A stretch of DNA of 64,000 nt, taken from assembly GCA_963697335.1 (NCBI GenBank), contig CAVONQ010000018.1, positions 96,001 through 160,000 on the forward strand, read 5' to 3'. The notes beneath the pieces are model-generated. The model saw nothing but the letters and a program-made list of their open reading frames with translations, did no database searches and was not told where the DNA came from. This DNA is from an uncultured cyanobacterium (lineage in GTDB: Bacteria > Cyanobacteriota > Cyanobacteriia > PCC-6307 > Cyanobiaceae). Position numbers and translations under genes: made by a program. Of this stretch, positions 39,313 through 50,713 are shown piece after piece. Position 1 is the stretch's first letter; every line of letters begins with the position of its first letter.

Positions 39313-40027
39313 GTCTGAGCTTGTGTCTGGGTCTGCGGAGGCCCGGCTGCGTCTGTGGCAGCTGGTGAGCCCCGCCCTGCCGGTGGGGGGCTTCAGCTAT
39401 TCCGAAGGGCTGGAGGTGTTGGTGCAGGCCGGCGATCTGGCCGACGCACCTGGCCTGCTGGCCTGGCTGGAGGCAGAGCTGGACCGGGGCACTCTCACCC
39501 TGGAGACAGCCGCCCTGGCGGGGCTGCGCCAGCAGCTGACGCGCTGGCGCGAGGGTGCGGTGGCCGACGGCGTCGCCGCGGTGGCCGATCTCGATGGCTG
39601 GCTGCTGGCCCAGCGGGAGGCGCCGGAGGTGCGCGCCCAGCAGCGCCAGATGGGAGCGTCCCTGCTGCAGCTGCTGGGCGACCTGGGCTGGCCCCTGCCG
39701 CAGCCGGAATCCGGCCCGCCACCGCCAGTCCTGGCCTGGCCGGCGGCCTTCGCCTGGGCGGGCCTCTGTCTGGAGATCGGCTCGCCAGAACTGGAGGAGG
39801 CCTATCTCTACGCCTGGACGGCCAACCAGATCAGCGCCGCCGTGCGCCTGGTGCCCCTGGGGGCCACCGAGGGGCAGCGGCTGCAGCTGCAGCTGGCCCC
39901 CCGGATCGCGCGCCGGGCGGCGGAGCTGGCGGTGGCCGACCCCCGCCAGCTGTGGACAGGTGGGGTGGGTGCCGGTCTGGCCCAGCTGCGCCATGCTGAG
40001 CTGTACTCCCGGTTGTTCAGAAGCTGA
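39302..40027 (+). CDS. ureF: Urease accessory protein UreF
   Basis: [27 protein letters not shown] and C-terminal RLFRS. Confidence 0.94.
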   Translation: MVPESELVSGSAEARLRLWQLVSPALPVGGFSYSEGLEVLVQAGDLADAPGLLAWLEAELDRGTLTLETAALAGLRQQLTRWREGAVADGVAAVADLDGWLLAQREAPEVRAQQRQMGASLLQLLGDLGWPLPQPESGPPPPVLAWPAAFAWAGLCLEIGSPELEEAYLYAWTANQISAAVRLVPLGATEGQRLQLQLAPRIARRAAELAVADPRQLWTGGVGAGLAQLRHAELYSRLFRS

Positions 40028-40035
40028 GCGGCGCG

Positions 40036-40635
40036 ATGAGCAAGCTGCGCGTGGGTGTGGCCGGGCCGGTGGGCTCCGGCAAGACGGCCCTGGTGGAAGC
40101 CCTCTGCCGGCGGCTGCGCGACCGCCTGCAGCTGGCGGTGGTCACCAACGACATCTATACCCAGGAGGACGCCCAGTTCCTCACCCGCGCCGGTGCCCTC
40201 GCGCCCGAGCGCATCCGTGGCGTGGAAACGGGCGGCTGCCCCCACACCGCCATCCGCGAGGACTGCTCGATCAACCGGGCGGCGGTGGCCGAGCTGGAGG
40301 CGGCCTTCCCCGACCTGGACCTGGTGCTGGTGGAGAGCGGCGGCGACAACCTGGCTGCCAGCTTCAGCCCCGAGCTGGTGGACCTGTGCATCTATGTGAT
40401 CGACGTGGCCGCCGGGGACAAGATCCCCCGCAAGGGGGGGCCCGGCATCACCCGTTCCGACCTGCTGGTGATCAACAAGATTGACTTGGCGCCGATGGTG
40501 GGCGCCAGCCTGGCGGTGATGGAGGCCGACACCGAGCGCATGCGTCCAGGCCGCCCCTGGTGTTTCACCAATATTCGCAGTGGAAAAGGGGTCGAGGCCG
40601 TGGAGGAATTTCTGCTGCAACAGCTACCGGGCTGA
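40036..40635 (+). CDS. ureG: Urease accessory GTPase UreG
   Basis: [15 protein letters not shown] and ESGGDNL motifs. Confidence 0.97.
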   Translation: MSKLRVGVAGPVGSGKTALVEALCRRLRDRLQLAVVTNDIYTQEDAQFLTRAGALAPERIRGVETGGCPHTAIREDCSINRAAVAELEAAFPDLDLVLVESGGDNLAASFSPELVDLCIYVIDVAAGDKIPRKGGPGITRSDLLVINKIDLAPMVGASLAVMEADTERMRPGRPWCFTNIRSGKGVEAVEEFLLQQLPG

Positions 40636-40684
40636 GCCCTGGCCGCCCGTCTCGACCGCTGGATTGTGGTTGATTTAACAAAGG

Positions 40685-40726
40685 GTGGCGGTTACTACAA
40701 GTGGGGGTCCACGGTATGGATAGCTT
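40685..40726 (+). promoter_or_regulatory. NtcA-activated promoter of urtA
   Basis: GTG-GCGGTTAC-TAC (40685-40698), exactly 22 nt, then TAGCTT (TAN3T). A weaker GTG-N8-AAC lies at 40666-40679. Confidence 0.78.
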
Positions 40727-40780
40727 TTGGCCCACCGCTCTGAAGGAGCGGACCTTTGGTCGGGAATCCCCAGAGCTTTG

Positions 40781-42089
40781 ATGAAACCCTCCTTTTTGCG
40801 CGGCGCCCTGTCGCAGCGTTCCCCCCTGCGGCTGGTGGCCGGCACAACGGCCCTGACACTCTCGTTCTCGCTAGTGGCCTGCGGCGGAGGTGAACAAGCC
40901 GCTGGAGATTTCGATGGTGAGGTGAAGGTTGGGATCCTTCACTCCCGTTCCGGCACGATGGCCATCTCCGAGAACACGGTGGCCGAAGCTGAGTTGATGG
41001 CCATCGAAGAGATCAATGCCAAGGGCGGCATCACGATCGATGGCAAGAAGCTCAAGATTGTGCCCATCGAGGAGGACGGCGCCTCGGATTGGCCCACCTT
41101 CGCCGAGAAGGCCAAGAAGCTGATCGATCAAGATCAGGTGGCCGTTGTGTTCGGAGGCTGGACTTCGGCCAGCCGCAAGGCCATGCTGCCGGTCTTCGAA
41201 GCCAAGGATCATTTCCTGTTCTACCCCATCCAGTATGAGGGCCAGGAATGCTCCAAAAACATCTTCTACAGCGGTGCTACCCCCAACCAGCAGGCTGAGC
41301 CCGCCGTGTCCTGGCTGCTGCAGAGACAAGGGAAAGGACTTCTTCCTGGTGGGTTCGGACTATGTCTATCCCCGAACGGCCAACACGATCATCAAGGAGC
41401 AGCTCAAGGCTGAGGGTGGCAACCTAGTGGGTGAGGACTATCTCCCCCTCGGTAATACCGAAGTGGCACCGATCATCGCCAAGATCAAGCAGGCTCTGCC
41501 CAATGGTGGCGTGATCGTTAACACGCTCAACGGTGACAGCAATGTGGCCTTCTTCAAGCAGCTGAAGGCGGCTGGCATCACCCCGGCCAATGGTTACGCG
41601 ATCATGAGCTTCTCGATCGCCGAGGAGGAGGTGGCTGCCATCGGCCCCGAGTACCTTGAGGGCACCTTCGCCGCCTGGAACTTCTTCCAGAGCCTCGACA
41701 CGCCGGCCTCCAAGAAGTTCACTGAAGACTTCAAAGCCAAGTATGGGGAGAACCGGGTGACCAATGACCCGGCCGAATCCGCTTACAATATGGTTTACCT
41801 GTGGGCCAAGGGTGCCGAGAAGGCTAACAGCGTGGACGACAACAAGGTGCGTGAAGCGCTGATCGGCGTGACCTTTGACGCTCCTCAGGGTCCGATTGAA
41901 GTGCAGCCCAACCACCACACCACCGAGCTGGTGATGATCGGGGAGGTGCAGAGCGATGGCATGTTCAAGATCATCGAGAACAAAGGGATCGTCAAGCCGC
42001 TGGCCTGGAACCAGTTCGTGCCGGAAACCAAGGGTTACACCTGCGACTGGACCCAGGATCGCCCCGACGCCGGCAAGTTCAAGCTGTGA
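40781..42089 (+). CDS. urtA: Urea ABC transporter substrate-binding lipoprotein (one frameshift near 41325)
   Basis: LVAC lipobox, [15 protein letters not shown] and [10 protein letters not shown] in one frame; [14 protein letters not shown] onward in another. Confidence 0.9.
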
Positions 42090-42092
42090 TTC

Positions 42093-42125
42093 GAGGGGGG
42101 GGAGATCTTCAGGCCTTCCCCCCTC
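42093..42125 (+). terminator. Hairpin after urtA (terminator or mRNA stabiliser)
   Basis: GAGGGGGG (42093-42100) can pair with CCCCCCTC (42118-42125); no clear U tract. Confidence 0.45.
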
Positions 42126-42300
42126 CCAAATTCTGAGGCCACTTCTGCGGAGTCGTCAGACTCCACATCTGCAGTCCCAGCCATCGGCAGGGTCTGGCCA
42201 TGGTGCGTCCTGATCGTCCCCGAGTCTGCCGTTTCCACTCCACCACCTCTCAGGTCCGGATCACTTTCCGGACCCTGACCTATCGTCACCGTGATTTCCG

Positions 42301-43458
42301 TTGGAACTTTTCTTTTCTCAGATCCTCGACGGTCTCAGCATCGGATCGGTGCTGCTACTGGCGGCAACCGGACTGGCCATCGTCTTCGGCCTGATGGGCG
42401 TGATCAATCTCGCCCATGGCGAGCTGATGATGCTCGGTGCCTACGTCACCTATGTCGTTCAATCCATCTTCCGTCCGATGGGCGGAATTGTCTTTGAGCT
42501 GTATTATCCCGTTGCATTGGTTCTCTCCTTCGTGGTCACGGCCCTCGTGGGCGTGCTTCTGGAGCGCACACTGATTCGCAAGCTCTACGGGAGGCCCCTG
42601 GAAACCCTGCTGGCCACCTGGGGGGTCAGCCTGATTCTGATTCAGCTGATCCGCAGCATCTCCACGGCCATGCTGCTGGGCATTCTTGTGGCCATTGCCA
42701 TCGGCTATTTCGGCAACCGTGTTCTTCGCTCCAAGATGGCGGAGAAGCCCTACCTCCCCTACGTCTCGGGGCTTTCTTGGCCATCGCCACGGTGATCGGC
42801 CTGGTCTCCGTGAATCAGTTCTCTCCAGCCGTCGTGCTTTGGCAGGTGCCTGGTTCGGGCCACGCAACATTGATGTCACGGCCCCCAAGTGGCTGCAGGG
42901 AAGCTGGGGATCGATCGCAGGAATTGAACTTCCAGGACTGCGCATCTTCATCATCCTGCTCTCCGCCGTCCTGCTGCTGGCCACGGTCTGGTTTCTGAGC
43001 AAGAGCGCTTGGGGCTGCGCATCGGGGCCGTCACCCAGAACCGTCAGATGAGCAATTGCCTGGGGATTCCAACCGACAGGGTGGACAGCATCACCTTTGG
43101 GTTGGGCTCAGGCCTGGCTGGTGTGGCGGGTTGTGCCATCACTCTGCTGGGATCGGTCGGACCCAACCTTGGGGCGGCCTACATCGTCTCATGTTTCATG
43201 GTGATCGTGCTGGGCGGTGTGGGCAATCTGCTGGGAACAGTACTCGCCTCCCTGATGCTCGGTCTCATTCAGTCGGTGGTGGGATCCGGGTCGCTTCTGA
43301 TCGTGTTCCCGGACATGCCGGCGGCAGCACGAGGGGTCATTGAATTCTTCGCTACCACGAGCATGTCGTTGGTGCTGGTCTTCATCTTCATCATTGCCTT
43401 CCTGCAGTTCCGCCCGAACGGCATGTTCCCTCAGAAAGGGAGGTCAGTTGATGCCTGA
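42301..43458 (+). CDS. urtB: Urea ABC transporter permease (frameshifts near 42779, 42822 and 43012)
   Basis: GLAIVFGLMGVINLAHGE, PLETLLATWG and FGLGSGLAGVAG spread over four ORF pieces. Confidence 0.85.
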
Positions 43459-43518
43459 GTCGTCCACGCAACACCCTTGCCTACTGCCAATCCTTCTCCA
43501 GCCCTGGAGGTCCACGCC

Positions 43519-44635
43519 ATGAAGATCTTCCGACGACTCCTTCCCTGGATTCTGCTGGCCATTGCCCTGTTCATCCTGCCGGCCATTCTCAGTGACTTCC
43601 GCCTCAACCTCTTCGGCCGCTACTTCTCCCTGGCGATCACAGCCCTGGCCATCGACCTGATCTGGGGCTACACAGGACTGCTCAGCCTGGGCCAGGGCAT
43701 CTTCTTTGCACTGGGTGGGTATGCCGTGGCGATGTATCTCACGCTCAACACCGAGAGTGAGGCAGGAGGCAATGGCATTCCCAAATTCTTCGAGAACTAC
43801 GGGGTCGATCAGCTGCCGTTCTTCTGGCAACCGTTCTGGTCTCCAGTTTTCACCCTGATCGCACTTTGGTTGATTCCCGCCATCGTCGCTGGTTTTGTCG
43901 GTTATCTGATCTTCAGAAATCGGATCAAGGGCGTGTACTTCTCGATCATCACCCAGGCGGCGTTGATGGTGTTCTTCCACTTCTTCAATGGCCAGCAGAA
44001 GTTGATCAATGGCACCAATGGTTTGAAAACCAGCACGACCGAGTTGTTTGGCCAACTGGTGGGATCCAGTGATATGCAGCTGTTTTTCTATCGACTCACA
44101 GTACTTCTGATCCCGGTTGCCTTCCTTATTTGCAGATATTTTACCAATGGCCGATTTGGGGATGCCCTGATTGCCATTCGGGACGACGAGCAAAGACTCC
44201 GATTCGGCGGCTTTAATCCTGTCCCCTTCAAGACCATCGTCTTCGTCGTGGCGGGGGCTCTCTGTGGGGTCTCGGGAGCGCTTTACACCGTGCAGACCGG
44301 GATCGTCTCGCCCCAGTTCATGTCCATTTCAACGTCGATCGAGATGGTGATCTGGGTGGCGGTGGGCGGACGCGGAACTTTGGTTGGGCCGATTATCGGT
44401 GCGATTTTGGTCAATTATCTGAGAAGTCTGGTGAGCGAGGCCCTTGCCGGAGTTTTGGTTGTTTGTGCAGGGGGCTCTGTTCATCTTTGTGGTCGTCCTG
44501 ATGCCCGATGGCATCTATGGATGGTTCACAGGCGGTGGCTTCACTCGCCTGCTGGCAGCGTTCGGCATCGCACCGATGTCGCGCACCTATCCCCAGCTGG
44601 ATGAGGAGGTGGCTGCTCTCGACGATATGTCTTGA
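43519..44635 (+). CDS. urtC: Urea ABC transporter permease (one frameshift near 44442)
   Basis: DLIWGYTGLLSLGQG, GVYFSIITQA and WVAVGGRGTL; C-terminus continues in another frame (PEFWLFVQG). Confidence 0.88.
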
Positions 44636-44694
44636 GTCCCACCACTTCCAGGCGATTCAGTCAGGGATCCACCGTCCCCAGTCGTTTCCGCCGC

Positions 44695-45441
44695 ATGACC
44701 CAACCTCTTCTCGAACTCAAGGATGTGAGCGTGAGCTTTGATGGCTTCTTCGCGCTTACCGATCTCAGTCTCACCCTCATCAAGGGGGAGCTCAAGTCGA
44801 TTATCGGGCCGAATGGTGCCGGCAAGACCACGTTCCTGGACGTGATCACCGGCAAGGTTCGCCCCACCAAGGGAACGGTCAGCCTTCGAGGCCATTCGCT
44901 GGTCGGTCTCTCCGAGCAGCGGATCTCCCGTGAGGGCATCGGCCGCAAGTTTCAGACCCCACGTGTATTTGAGAACTTGACGGTTCAACGTAACTTTGAG
45001 CTGTCTGCTTCACCCCATAAGAATGCGTTTAACCTGCTGATTGATCGCTTGCCTGTTTCCGTGAAGGATGAAGTGCAACGCATCATGAACTATGTGGGGC
45101 TGGCACCCTTCGCCACCCATAGGGCCGGCTCCCTTTCCCACGGCCAGAAACAGTGGTTGGCCATTGGCATGCTGGTGGCCCAGTCCCCGGAGGTTCTGCT
45201 GCTCGATGAACCGGTGGCGGGCCTGACCGATGAGGAAACAGTGCGTACCGCCGAGTTGATCAAGTCGTTGGCAGGTGATCACACGGTGGTGGTGATCGAG
45301 CACGACATGGAGTTCATACGAGATCTCAATGCCCCAGTGACCGTTCTTCACCAAGGACAACTCCTGACGGAGGGCCCATTGGATAAGGTCAAGGAAGACC
45401 CGCGCGTGATTGAAGTGTATCTCGGTCAGTCTGAAGACTAG
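44695..45441 (+). CDS. urtD: Urea ABC transporter ATP-binding protein
   Basis: GPNGAGKT, LSHGQKQWL and LDEPVAG motifs. Confidence 0.94.
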   Translation: MTQPLLELKDVSVSFDGFFALTDLSLTLIKGELKSIIGPNGAGKTTFLDVITGKVRPTKGTVSLRGHSLVGLSEQRISREGIGRKFQTPRVFENLTVQRNFELSASPHKNAFNLLIDRLPVSVKDEVQRIMNYVGLAPFATHRAGSLSHGQKQWLAIGMLVAQSPEVLLLDEPVAGLTDEETVRTAELIKSLAGDHTVVVIEHDMEFIRDLNAPVTVLHQGQLLTEGPLDKVKEDPRVIEVYLGQSED

Positions 45442-45482
45442 TTGTCTCCTACCCATCCCATCCCGAGGCTCTACGAAAATCC

Positions 45483-46199
45483 ATGACCGCCCAACCTATT
45501 CTTCATGTCTCAGATCTGAATGTCTACTATGGCCAAAGCCATATCCTCAGAGATGTCGATCTGTCTGTCCCTGAAGGAGAAATGGTGTGCTTGATCGGCA
45601 GGAATGGTGTGGGCAAAACCACGTTCCTCAAAACCATCATCGGTCTGCTGCAGCAACGATCTGGCTCAATCCAGTATGGCGACAAGCAGCTTCTCTCTGA
45701 GGCTCCTTACCGCCGCGCTCGTGCTGGCATCGGCTATGTCTCCCAGGGACGCGACATCATCCCCCAAGTCACGGTCAAGGAGAATTTGTTGCTCGGTATG
45801 GAGGCCCTGCCAGGCGGCTTAGGCAAGAATCGGCACATTGATCCCCTGGTCTTTGACCTCTTCCCCATCCTCGAGCAGTTCCTGGGTCGCAAGGGTGGCG
45901 ATCTCAGTGGCGGTCAGCAGCAGCAACTGGCCATTGCCCGAGCGCTGCTGGGCAAACCCAAGTTGCTGCTCCTTGATGAACCCACCGAAGGGATTCAGCC
46001 CTCCATCATCATGGACATTGAGCGGGCTGTGCAGCGGATCATGAAAGAGACGGGAATCAGCGTGCTGCTGGTGGAGCAACATCTCCACTTTGTGCGTCAG
46101 TCCAATTACTACTACGCTATGCAGCGCGGTGGGATTGTGTCCAGTGGTCCCACAGACCAACTCTCCGATGCTGTGGTCCAAGAGTTCCTCACCGTATGA
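45483..46199 (+). CDS. urtE: Urea ABC transporter ATP-binding protein
   Basis: GRNGVGKT, LSGGQQQQL and LDEPTEGIQP motifs. Confidence 0.94.
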   Translation: MTAQPILHVSDLNVYYGQSHILRDVDLSVPEGEMVCLIGRNGVGKTTFLKTIIGLLQQRSGSIQYGDKQLLSEAPYRRARAGIGYVSQGRDIIPQVTVKENLLLGMEALPGGLGKNRHIDPLVFDLFPILEQFLGRKGGDLSGGQQQQLAIARALLGKPKLLLLDEPTEGIQPSIIMDIERAVQRIMKETGISVLLVEQHLHFVRQSNYYYAMQRGGIVSSGPTDQLSDAVVQEFLTV

Positions 46200-46243
46200 G
46201 CGCCGGACTCACTGCCTGAGATCCGCCGCAGACGACTGACGGC

Positions 46244-46525
46244 TTAACAGCCGCGGTTCACCATCCAGGGCCGGGTGCTGCTTTCCCTCAGGCGAGGTTT
46301 GCGTTCAGCGGCCTTTTCCGCCTGTTGTTGGGCGCTCACCAGGCGTGGCTCCTTGCTTTCCTGCTTGAGCCGGAAGGAGCCTGTGAGCGTCATCGGTGGA
46401 CTGAAGATGCGGCTACCCTTGGCACCGCAATCGGGACAATCGGTGTTCACCTGACGCGACTCAATACTGCGCCAGACTTCGTAGTCTTGACAGCCTTCGC
46501 TGCAGCTGAATTCATAGACGGGCAT
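46244..46525 (-). CDS. fmdB: FmdB-family zinc-ribbon protein
   Basis: MPVYEFSCSEGC...CPDCG...RPWM; directly downstream of fmdA. Confidence 0.85.
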   Translation of the reverse strand: MPVYEFSCSEGCQDYEVWRSIESRQVNTDCPDCGAKGSRIFSPPMTLTGSFRLKQESKEPRLVSAQQQAEKAAERKPRLRESSTRPWMVNRGC

Positions 46526-46597
46526 GGACAACCTTGGTCGTATGTTATGGGTGCCGAGGGACCTGTGCGGGCACAGATCCCCAGGCCTGAGTGTAGA

Positions 46598-47803
46598 TCA
46601 GCAGGGTAGGATGTCCTGCTCGAAGATGGAGGTGGGAATGGCGAGGGTGCAGCAGGCATTGGGAATGTCGACAATGCCACTGACGCGACCCTCCACCGGA
46701 GCACAGCTGAGCAGCATATAGGCCTGCTCGCCGCTGAAGCCAAACTTCTTCAGGTATTCAATGGCATTCAGACAGGCTCTCCGGTAGGCGATGTGCACAT
46801 CCATGTAATGCTGCTTGCCAGAAAACTCATCCACTGAAATCCCTTCAAACACCAGATAGTCGGTGAAGTGGGGCTCCACGGGGCTGGTCTTGAACATGGG
46901 ATTGACCATCCCATACTTCTCCACGCCGCCCTTGATGATTTCCACATGCAGATCGAGATAGCCAGACATCTCGATGGCGCCACAGAATGAGATCTCTCCA
47001 TCTCCCTGGGAGAAGTGGATGTCTCCCATCGAGAGCTTGGCGCCTTCCACGTAGACCGGGAAGTAAATCTTGGTGCCCTTGGTGAGGTTCTTGATGTCGC
47101 AGTTACCGCCATGCTCCCGGGGTGGAACCGTGCGGGCGGCCTCATTGGCTACACGCTCAAAGTCAGCAGCAGGCAGGCTTCCCAGGATGGCGCTGTTGGG
47201 ATTCGGCAGGGCTGCGAGCACGGGTTCGCTGCCGGAAAGCCCTGCGCCGTAGGTGCGGCGATCAGGGGCCGTGTTCACCAGCTCCGTTTCACGCCGGTTC
47301 CATTCCTTCAGCAGCTCATGGGATGGGGCGCAGCCGATCAGGCCAGGGTGGGTGATGCCGGCAAAGCGCACACCGGGTATATGGCGGGAGCTGGTGTAGA
47401 TCCCTTCCAGATCCCAGATTGACTTGCAGGCTTTGGGGAAATGGTCTGTGAGAAAGCCGCCTCCATTCTCCTTGGCAAAAATCCCGTTAAATCCCCATTC
47501 ATCGCCTTGCAAGGCACCGACATCAAGGATGTCAACAACGAGAATATCGCCGGGCTGGGCACCATTCACCCAGATCGGACCGCTCAGAACATGTACCACT
47601 TCCAGATTGACATCAGCGACGTCCTGGGGATCATCGTTGTTCTTGATCTGGCCATCGGTCCAGTCCTTGCATTCAATCCGAAAGACCTCACCAGGATTGA
47701 CGGAGGCGACGGCAGGAATGTCAGGGTGCCAGCGGTTATGGCCCGGCATCTCCTGCTGGCCCATGGACTTGGTGAGATCAATGTTGAAGAGCGTTTTGGG
47801 CAT
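46598..47803 (-). CDS. fmdA: Formamidase/acetamidase (FmdA/AmdA family)
   Basis: HNRWHPDIP, HPGLIGCAPS, PPREHGGNCDIK and GDIHFSQGDGE motifs. Confidence 0.94.
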   Translation of the reverse strand: MPKTLFNIDLTKSMGQQEMPGHNRWHPDIPAVASVNPGEVFRIECKDWTDGQIKNNDDPQDVADVNLEVVHVLSGPIWVNGAQPGDILVVDILDVGALQGDEWGFNGIFAKENGGGFLTDHFPKACKSIWDLEGIYTSSRHIPGVRFAGITHPGLIGCAPSHELLKEWNRRETELVNTAPDRRTYGAGLSGSEPVLAALPNPNSAILGSLPAADFERVANEAARTVPPREHGGNCDIKNLTKGTKIYFPVYVEGAKLSMGDIHFSQGDGEISFCGAIEMSGYLDLHVEIIKGGVEKYGMVNPMFKTSPVEPHFTDYLVFEGISVDEFSGKQHYMDVHIAYRRACLNAIEYLKKFGFSGEQAYMLLSCAPVEGRVSGIVDIPNACCTLAIPTSIFEQDILPC

Positions 47804-47834
47804 TGGGCTGGGGCGTCATTCTTATTTCCTTGGC

Positions 47835-47876
47835 ATCAAAGGCGAGGCCGCCCGTAGGAACAGTGTGAATGGCTAC
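47835..47876 (-). promoter_or_regulatory. Putative NtcA-type promoter of fmdA
   Basis: Minus strand GTA-GCCATTCA-CAC (47876-47863), 22 nt, then TTTGAT (47840-47835). Confidence 0.55.
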
Positions 47877-47935
47877 GGAACTCTCCAGAGGCCCGGTTGC
47901 TGATTGGCAGCCGTCACAGTTCGGCTTGTCGCCGC

Positions 47936-48481
47936 TTAGCGCGCAGTGCTGTCGTTAAAATCGCCCCGGCGGCAGAGATTCTCCTTCAGGCGTTGTGCCC
48001 AAGGCTGGGGCTTGATCGTGCCGCTTGTTTCTACCTTTCCGTCGAAGTAATACAGAACCTGCCAGTTTGACTTGCTGCTGAGGTCGCGTGCTTCAGCGGG
48101 CTCCTTGATGGCCCTGCCGTAGAGATTGTCGTAGGGGGGCCAGCCAGGGGTGTCCTCCAGGCTGCAGACGGCGTTGACGGCCAGCAGACTTCCAGCCTCG
48201 GGCTGGTCTGGTCCGAACAGGCGCACGGCCCCTTTGTAGAGGCCGTTGGACACGCCAGGTTGGAAGTCCAGCGCCAGCTCCACCCGTGTTCCCTCCAGTT
48301 GCACCAGGGTGTCGCCCGCCTCGGCGTTCTGAATGGCGACTTCCTTGCCGCCACCACAGGCGGCCAGCCCCAGCAGCAGGGCGAAACCCGGCAGGGTCCA
48401 CCTACGGCCCACCACTGCAACACCCACCCTGCGCCTCCATGGTTGGGCAGACCCTATGACACGTGTCTCCTGCCAGCTCAC
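47936..48481 (-). CDS. Hypothetical lipoprotein
   Basis: Hydrophobic stretch then LAAC lipobox; GTGA overlap with the upstream stop codon. Confidence 0.65.
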   Translation of the reverse strand: MSWQETRVIGSAQPWRRRVGVAVVGRRWTLPGFALLLGLAACGGGKEVAIQNAEAGDTLVQLEGTRVELALDFQPGVSNGLYKGAVRLFGPDQPEAGSLLAVNAVCSLEDTPGWPPYDNLYGRAIKEPAEARDLSSKSNWQVLYYFDGKVETSGTIKPQPWAQRLKENLCRRGDFNDSTAR

Positions 48482-49356
48482 CCCTCCCCGATCAGCTGCC
48501 GCCAGAACCGCTCAGCCTCCGGCACGGCTGTCAGCTCCTGCCCCGTCAGACTCTGGATCGGCCGGCAGCCCAGGCTGTTGAGCAGCAGCGCTCCGCTGCT
48601 GGCCGCCAGATCCGCCATCTCGACCACTGTTTCCCGGGAAAGCCCCAGTTCCAGGGCCCGGGCACGCATCACCCCGGGCAGGCAGCCGCTGCTCAGCGGC
48701 GGCGTGCACCAGCCGTTGGCCGTGCGCACCAGCAGGGTGGCGCTGGTGCCGCAGCACAATCCCCCGGCGCTGCTGGGCAGCAGGGCGTCTGCGGCGCCGG
48801 CGGCGGCCGCCTGGCGGCGGGCCTGGATGGCGCTGCCGTAGGCAAAGGTCTTGGCGCGGCTCAGCAGGCTGGTGGCGCTGCGGATTTCCGTGGGGCTCAC
48901 AATCACCGCCACCGGCTCGAAACAGGCCACGGCGGGGCTGAGCTGCAGCCAGAAGCGGTGCCGGCAGCCGGGGGGGATGGCCAGGCCGCGGGCGCCGCAG
49001 GCGGCCGGGCTGCCCCGGCTCCAGTTGAGCCGCAGGGCGCCGCTGCCGATCCCGGCGCGCACGATGGCCTCTTGGACCAGGGACTCCACCCGGGCGGGCG
49101 GCGGCGGCGGCTCCATGCCCAGCAGGGCGGCGCTGTCCCGCCAGCGGGCCATGTGTCGGGCGAGCAGCCGGGGGCGGCCGCCCTGCACAAGCACTGTCTC
49201 GAAGATGCCGTCGGCCAGCAGCAGGCCCCGGTCGCTGAGCGGCAGGCCCAGCTCCGCCGGCCGGCCCCAGCGTCCGGTGGGGGCCGGCCCGTCAATCCAG
49301 GCGATGTCCACTGGTTCGGCTCCGCCTGCGGCGGAGGAACGGCCTGGCTGTGTCAC
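48478..49356 (-). CDS. pabC: Aminotransferase class IV (aminodeoxychorismate lyase-like)
   Basis: DRGLLLADGIFET, HMARW and TPPLSSGCLPGVMR motifs. GTG 49356 overlaps the pabB stop. Confidence 0.8.
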   Translation of the reverse strand: MTQPGRSSAAGGAEPVDIAWIDGPAPTGRWGRPAELGLPLSDRGLLLADGIFETVLVQGGRPRLLARHMARWRDSAALLGMEPPPPPARVESLVQEAIVRAGIGSGALRLNWSRGSPAACGARGLAIPPGCRHRFWLQLSPAVACFEPVAVIVSPTEIRSATSLLSRAKTFAYGSAIQARRQAAAAGAADALLPSSAGGLCCGTSATLLVRTANGWCTPPLSSGCLPGVMRARALELGLSRETVVEMADLAASSGALLLNSLGCRPIQSLTGQELTAVPEAERFWRQLIGEG

Positions 49357-50713
49357 GGTGCGCTGCCGGCCAGGGCTGCCAGCAGGGGCTGGAGCTTCCA
49401 GTTCAGCTCCTCGGCCTCGGCCTGGGGATCGGAATCGGCCACGATGCCGCAGCCGGCGTGGGCCCGCAGGCGCTGGCCCCGCACGAACAGCGAGCGGATC
49501 AGGATGCTGCTGTCGAAGCCCCCGGCGCCGTCCAGCCAGAACAGGGAGCCGCAGTAGGGGCCGCGGGCCACCGGCTCCAGTTCGCCCAGGCGCTGGCAGG
49601 CCCGGATCTTGGGAGCGCCGGTGATCGATCCCCCGGGCCAGCAGGCCCGCAGCAGGTCGGCCGCAGCCAGCCCAGGCCGCAGCCGGCCCCGCACCACCGA
49701 GGTGAGGTGATGCACCTGGCGGTAGCTCTCCAGCCCCAGCAGCTGGGGCACCTGCACCGAGCCGGGGCGGCACACCCGGCCCAGGTCGTTGCGCAGCAGG
49801 TCCACGATCATCACGTTCTCGGCCCGGTCCTTGTCGCTGGTGATCAGTTCGGCGGCGGCATCGGCGTCGGCGGTGGCATTGGCGTGGCGGGGACGGGTGC
49901 CCTTGATCGGCCGGGTTTCCACCTCGCCCTCGCGGCTGAGCTGCAGGAAGCGCTCCGGCGAGGCCGACAGCACCGCCTCCCCTGCCGCGCCCGCCCCACC
50001 GATGGCCAGCCCGGCGAAGGGGGCTGGACAATGGCGCCGCAGGCGCCCGTAGAGCGCCAGCAGGGTGGCGGCATCGGGGGGGCGGCCAGCTGCTGCTCGC
50101 AGCAGGCGGTGAGGTTGGCCTGGAAGAGATCGCCACTGGCGATGTGCTCCCGCAGGGCCTCCACTCCGGTGGCGAAGGCGCCGCGGGGGGTGTGCCAGCT
50201 CCAGCTCTCCAGGGGCAGCCGGGGCGGGCTGGCGGCTCCATCGGTGGCGGCATCGGCGGAGGTGGCATCGGTGGCCGCCCGCTCGAGCCGCCTGGCCAGG
50301 TGCTCCAACCGCCCGGCGTCATGGCCTTCCAGCCACTGCTGCTGCTGCCGGTGGTCGATCACCAGCAGCGGATCGGCCTGGATCGCCCAGAGCACGGCCA
50401 TCTCCGGGCTCTTCCAGTGCGGGCCGGGCTCCAGCCAGGCCCCGGCCTCGTAGGCCAGCCAGCCGAGCCAGGGCCGGCCGCTGGCCTCCAGCTCGGCCAG
50501 GGCCGCGAAGGGATCCTGGGCGCCGTCCTCGCCCGGCAGACCGCGGCAGATCCGCTCCGAGAGCGGCTCGAGGGCCAGCAGGCTTCGCCCTCCCAGGGCC
50601 GAGCCGTCCCCGTCCAGCCACACCAGGCCGGGCTGACGCAGGCTCAGCAGCAGCCGGCCCAGCAGCAACTCCGGGTCGCACCAGGGCAGCGGCCGCCGCA
50701 GCGCTGCGCTCAT
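49353..50713 (-). CDS. pabB: Aminodeoxychorismate synthase component I (frameshift in G7 run near 50076)
   Basis: GDLFQANL in the first frame; [30 protein letters not shown] and [10 protein letters not shown] in the second. Confidence 0.85.

Noticed and set aside
48478..50322. 614-aa ORF as a PabB-PabC fusion
   Set aside because: Its first ~320 aa are an out-of-frame read of pabB; the aminotransferase starts at GTG 49356.
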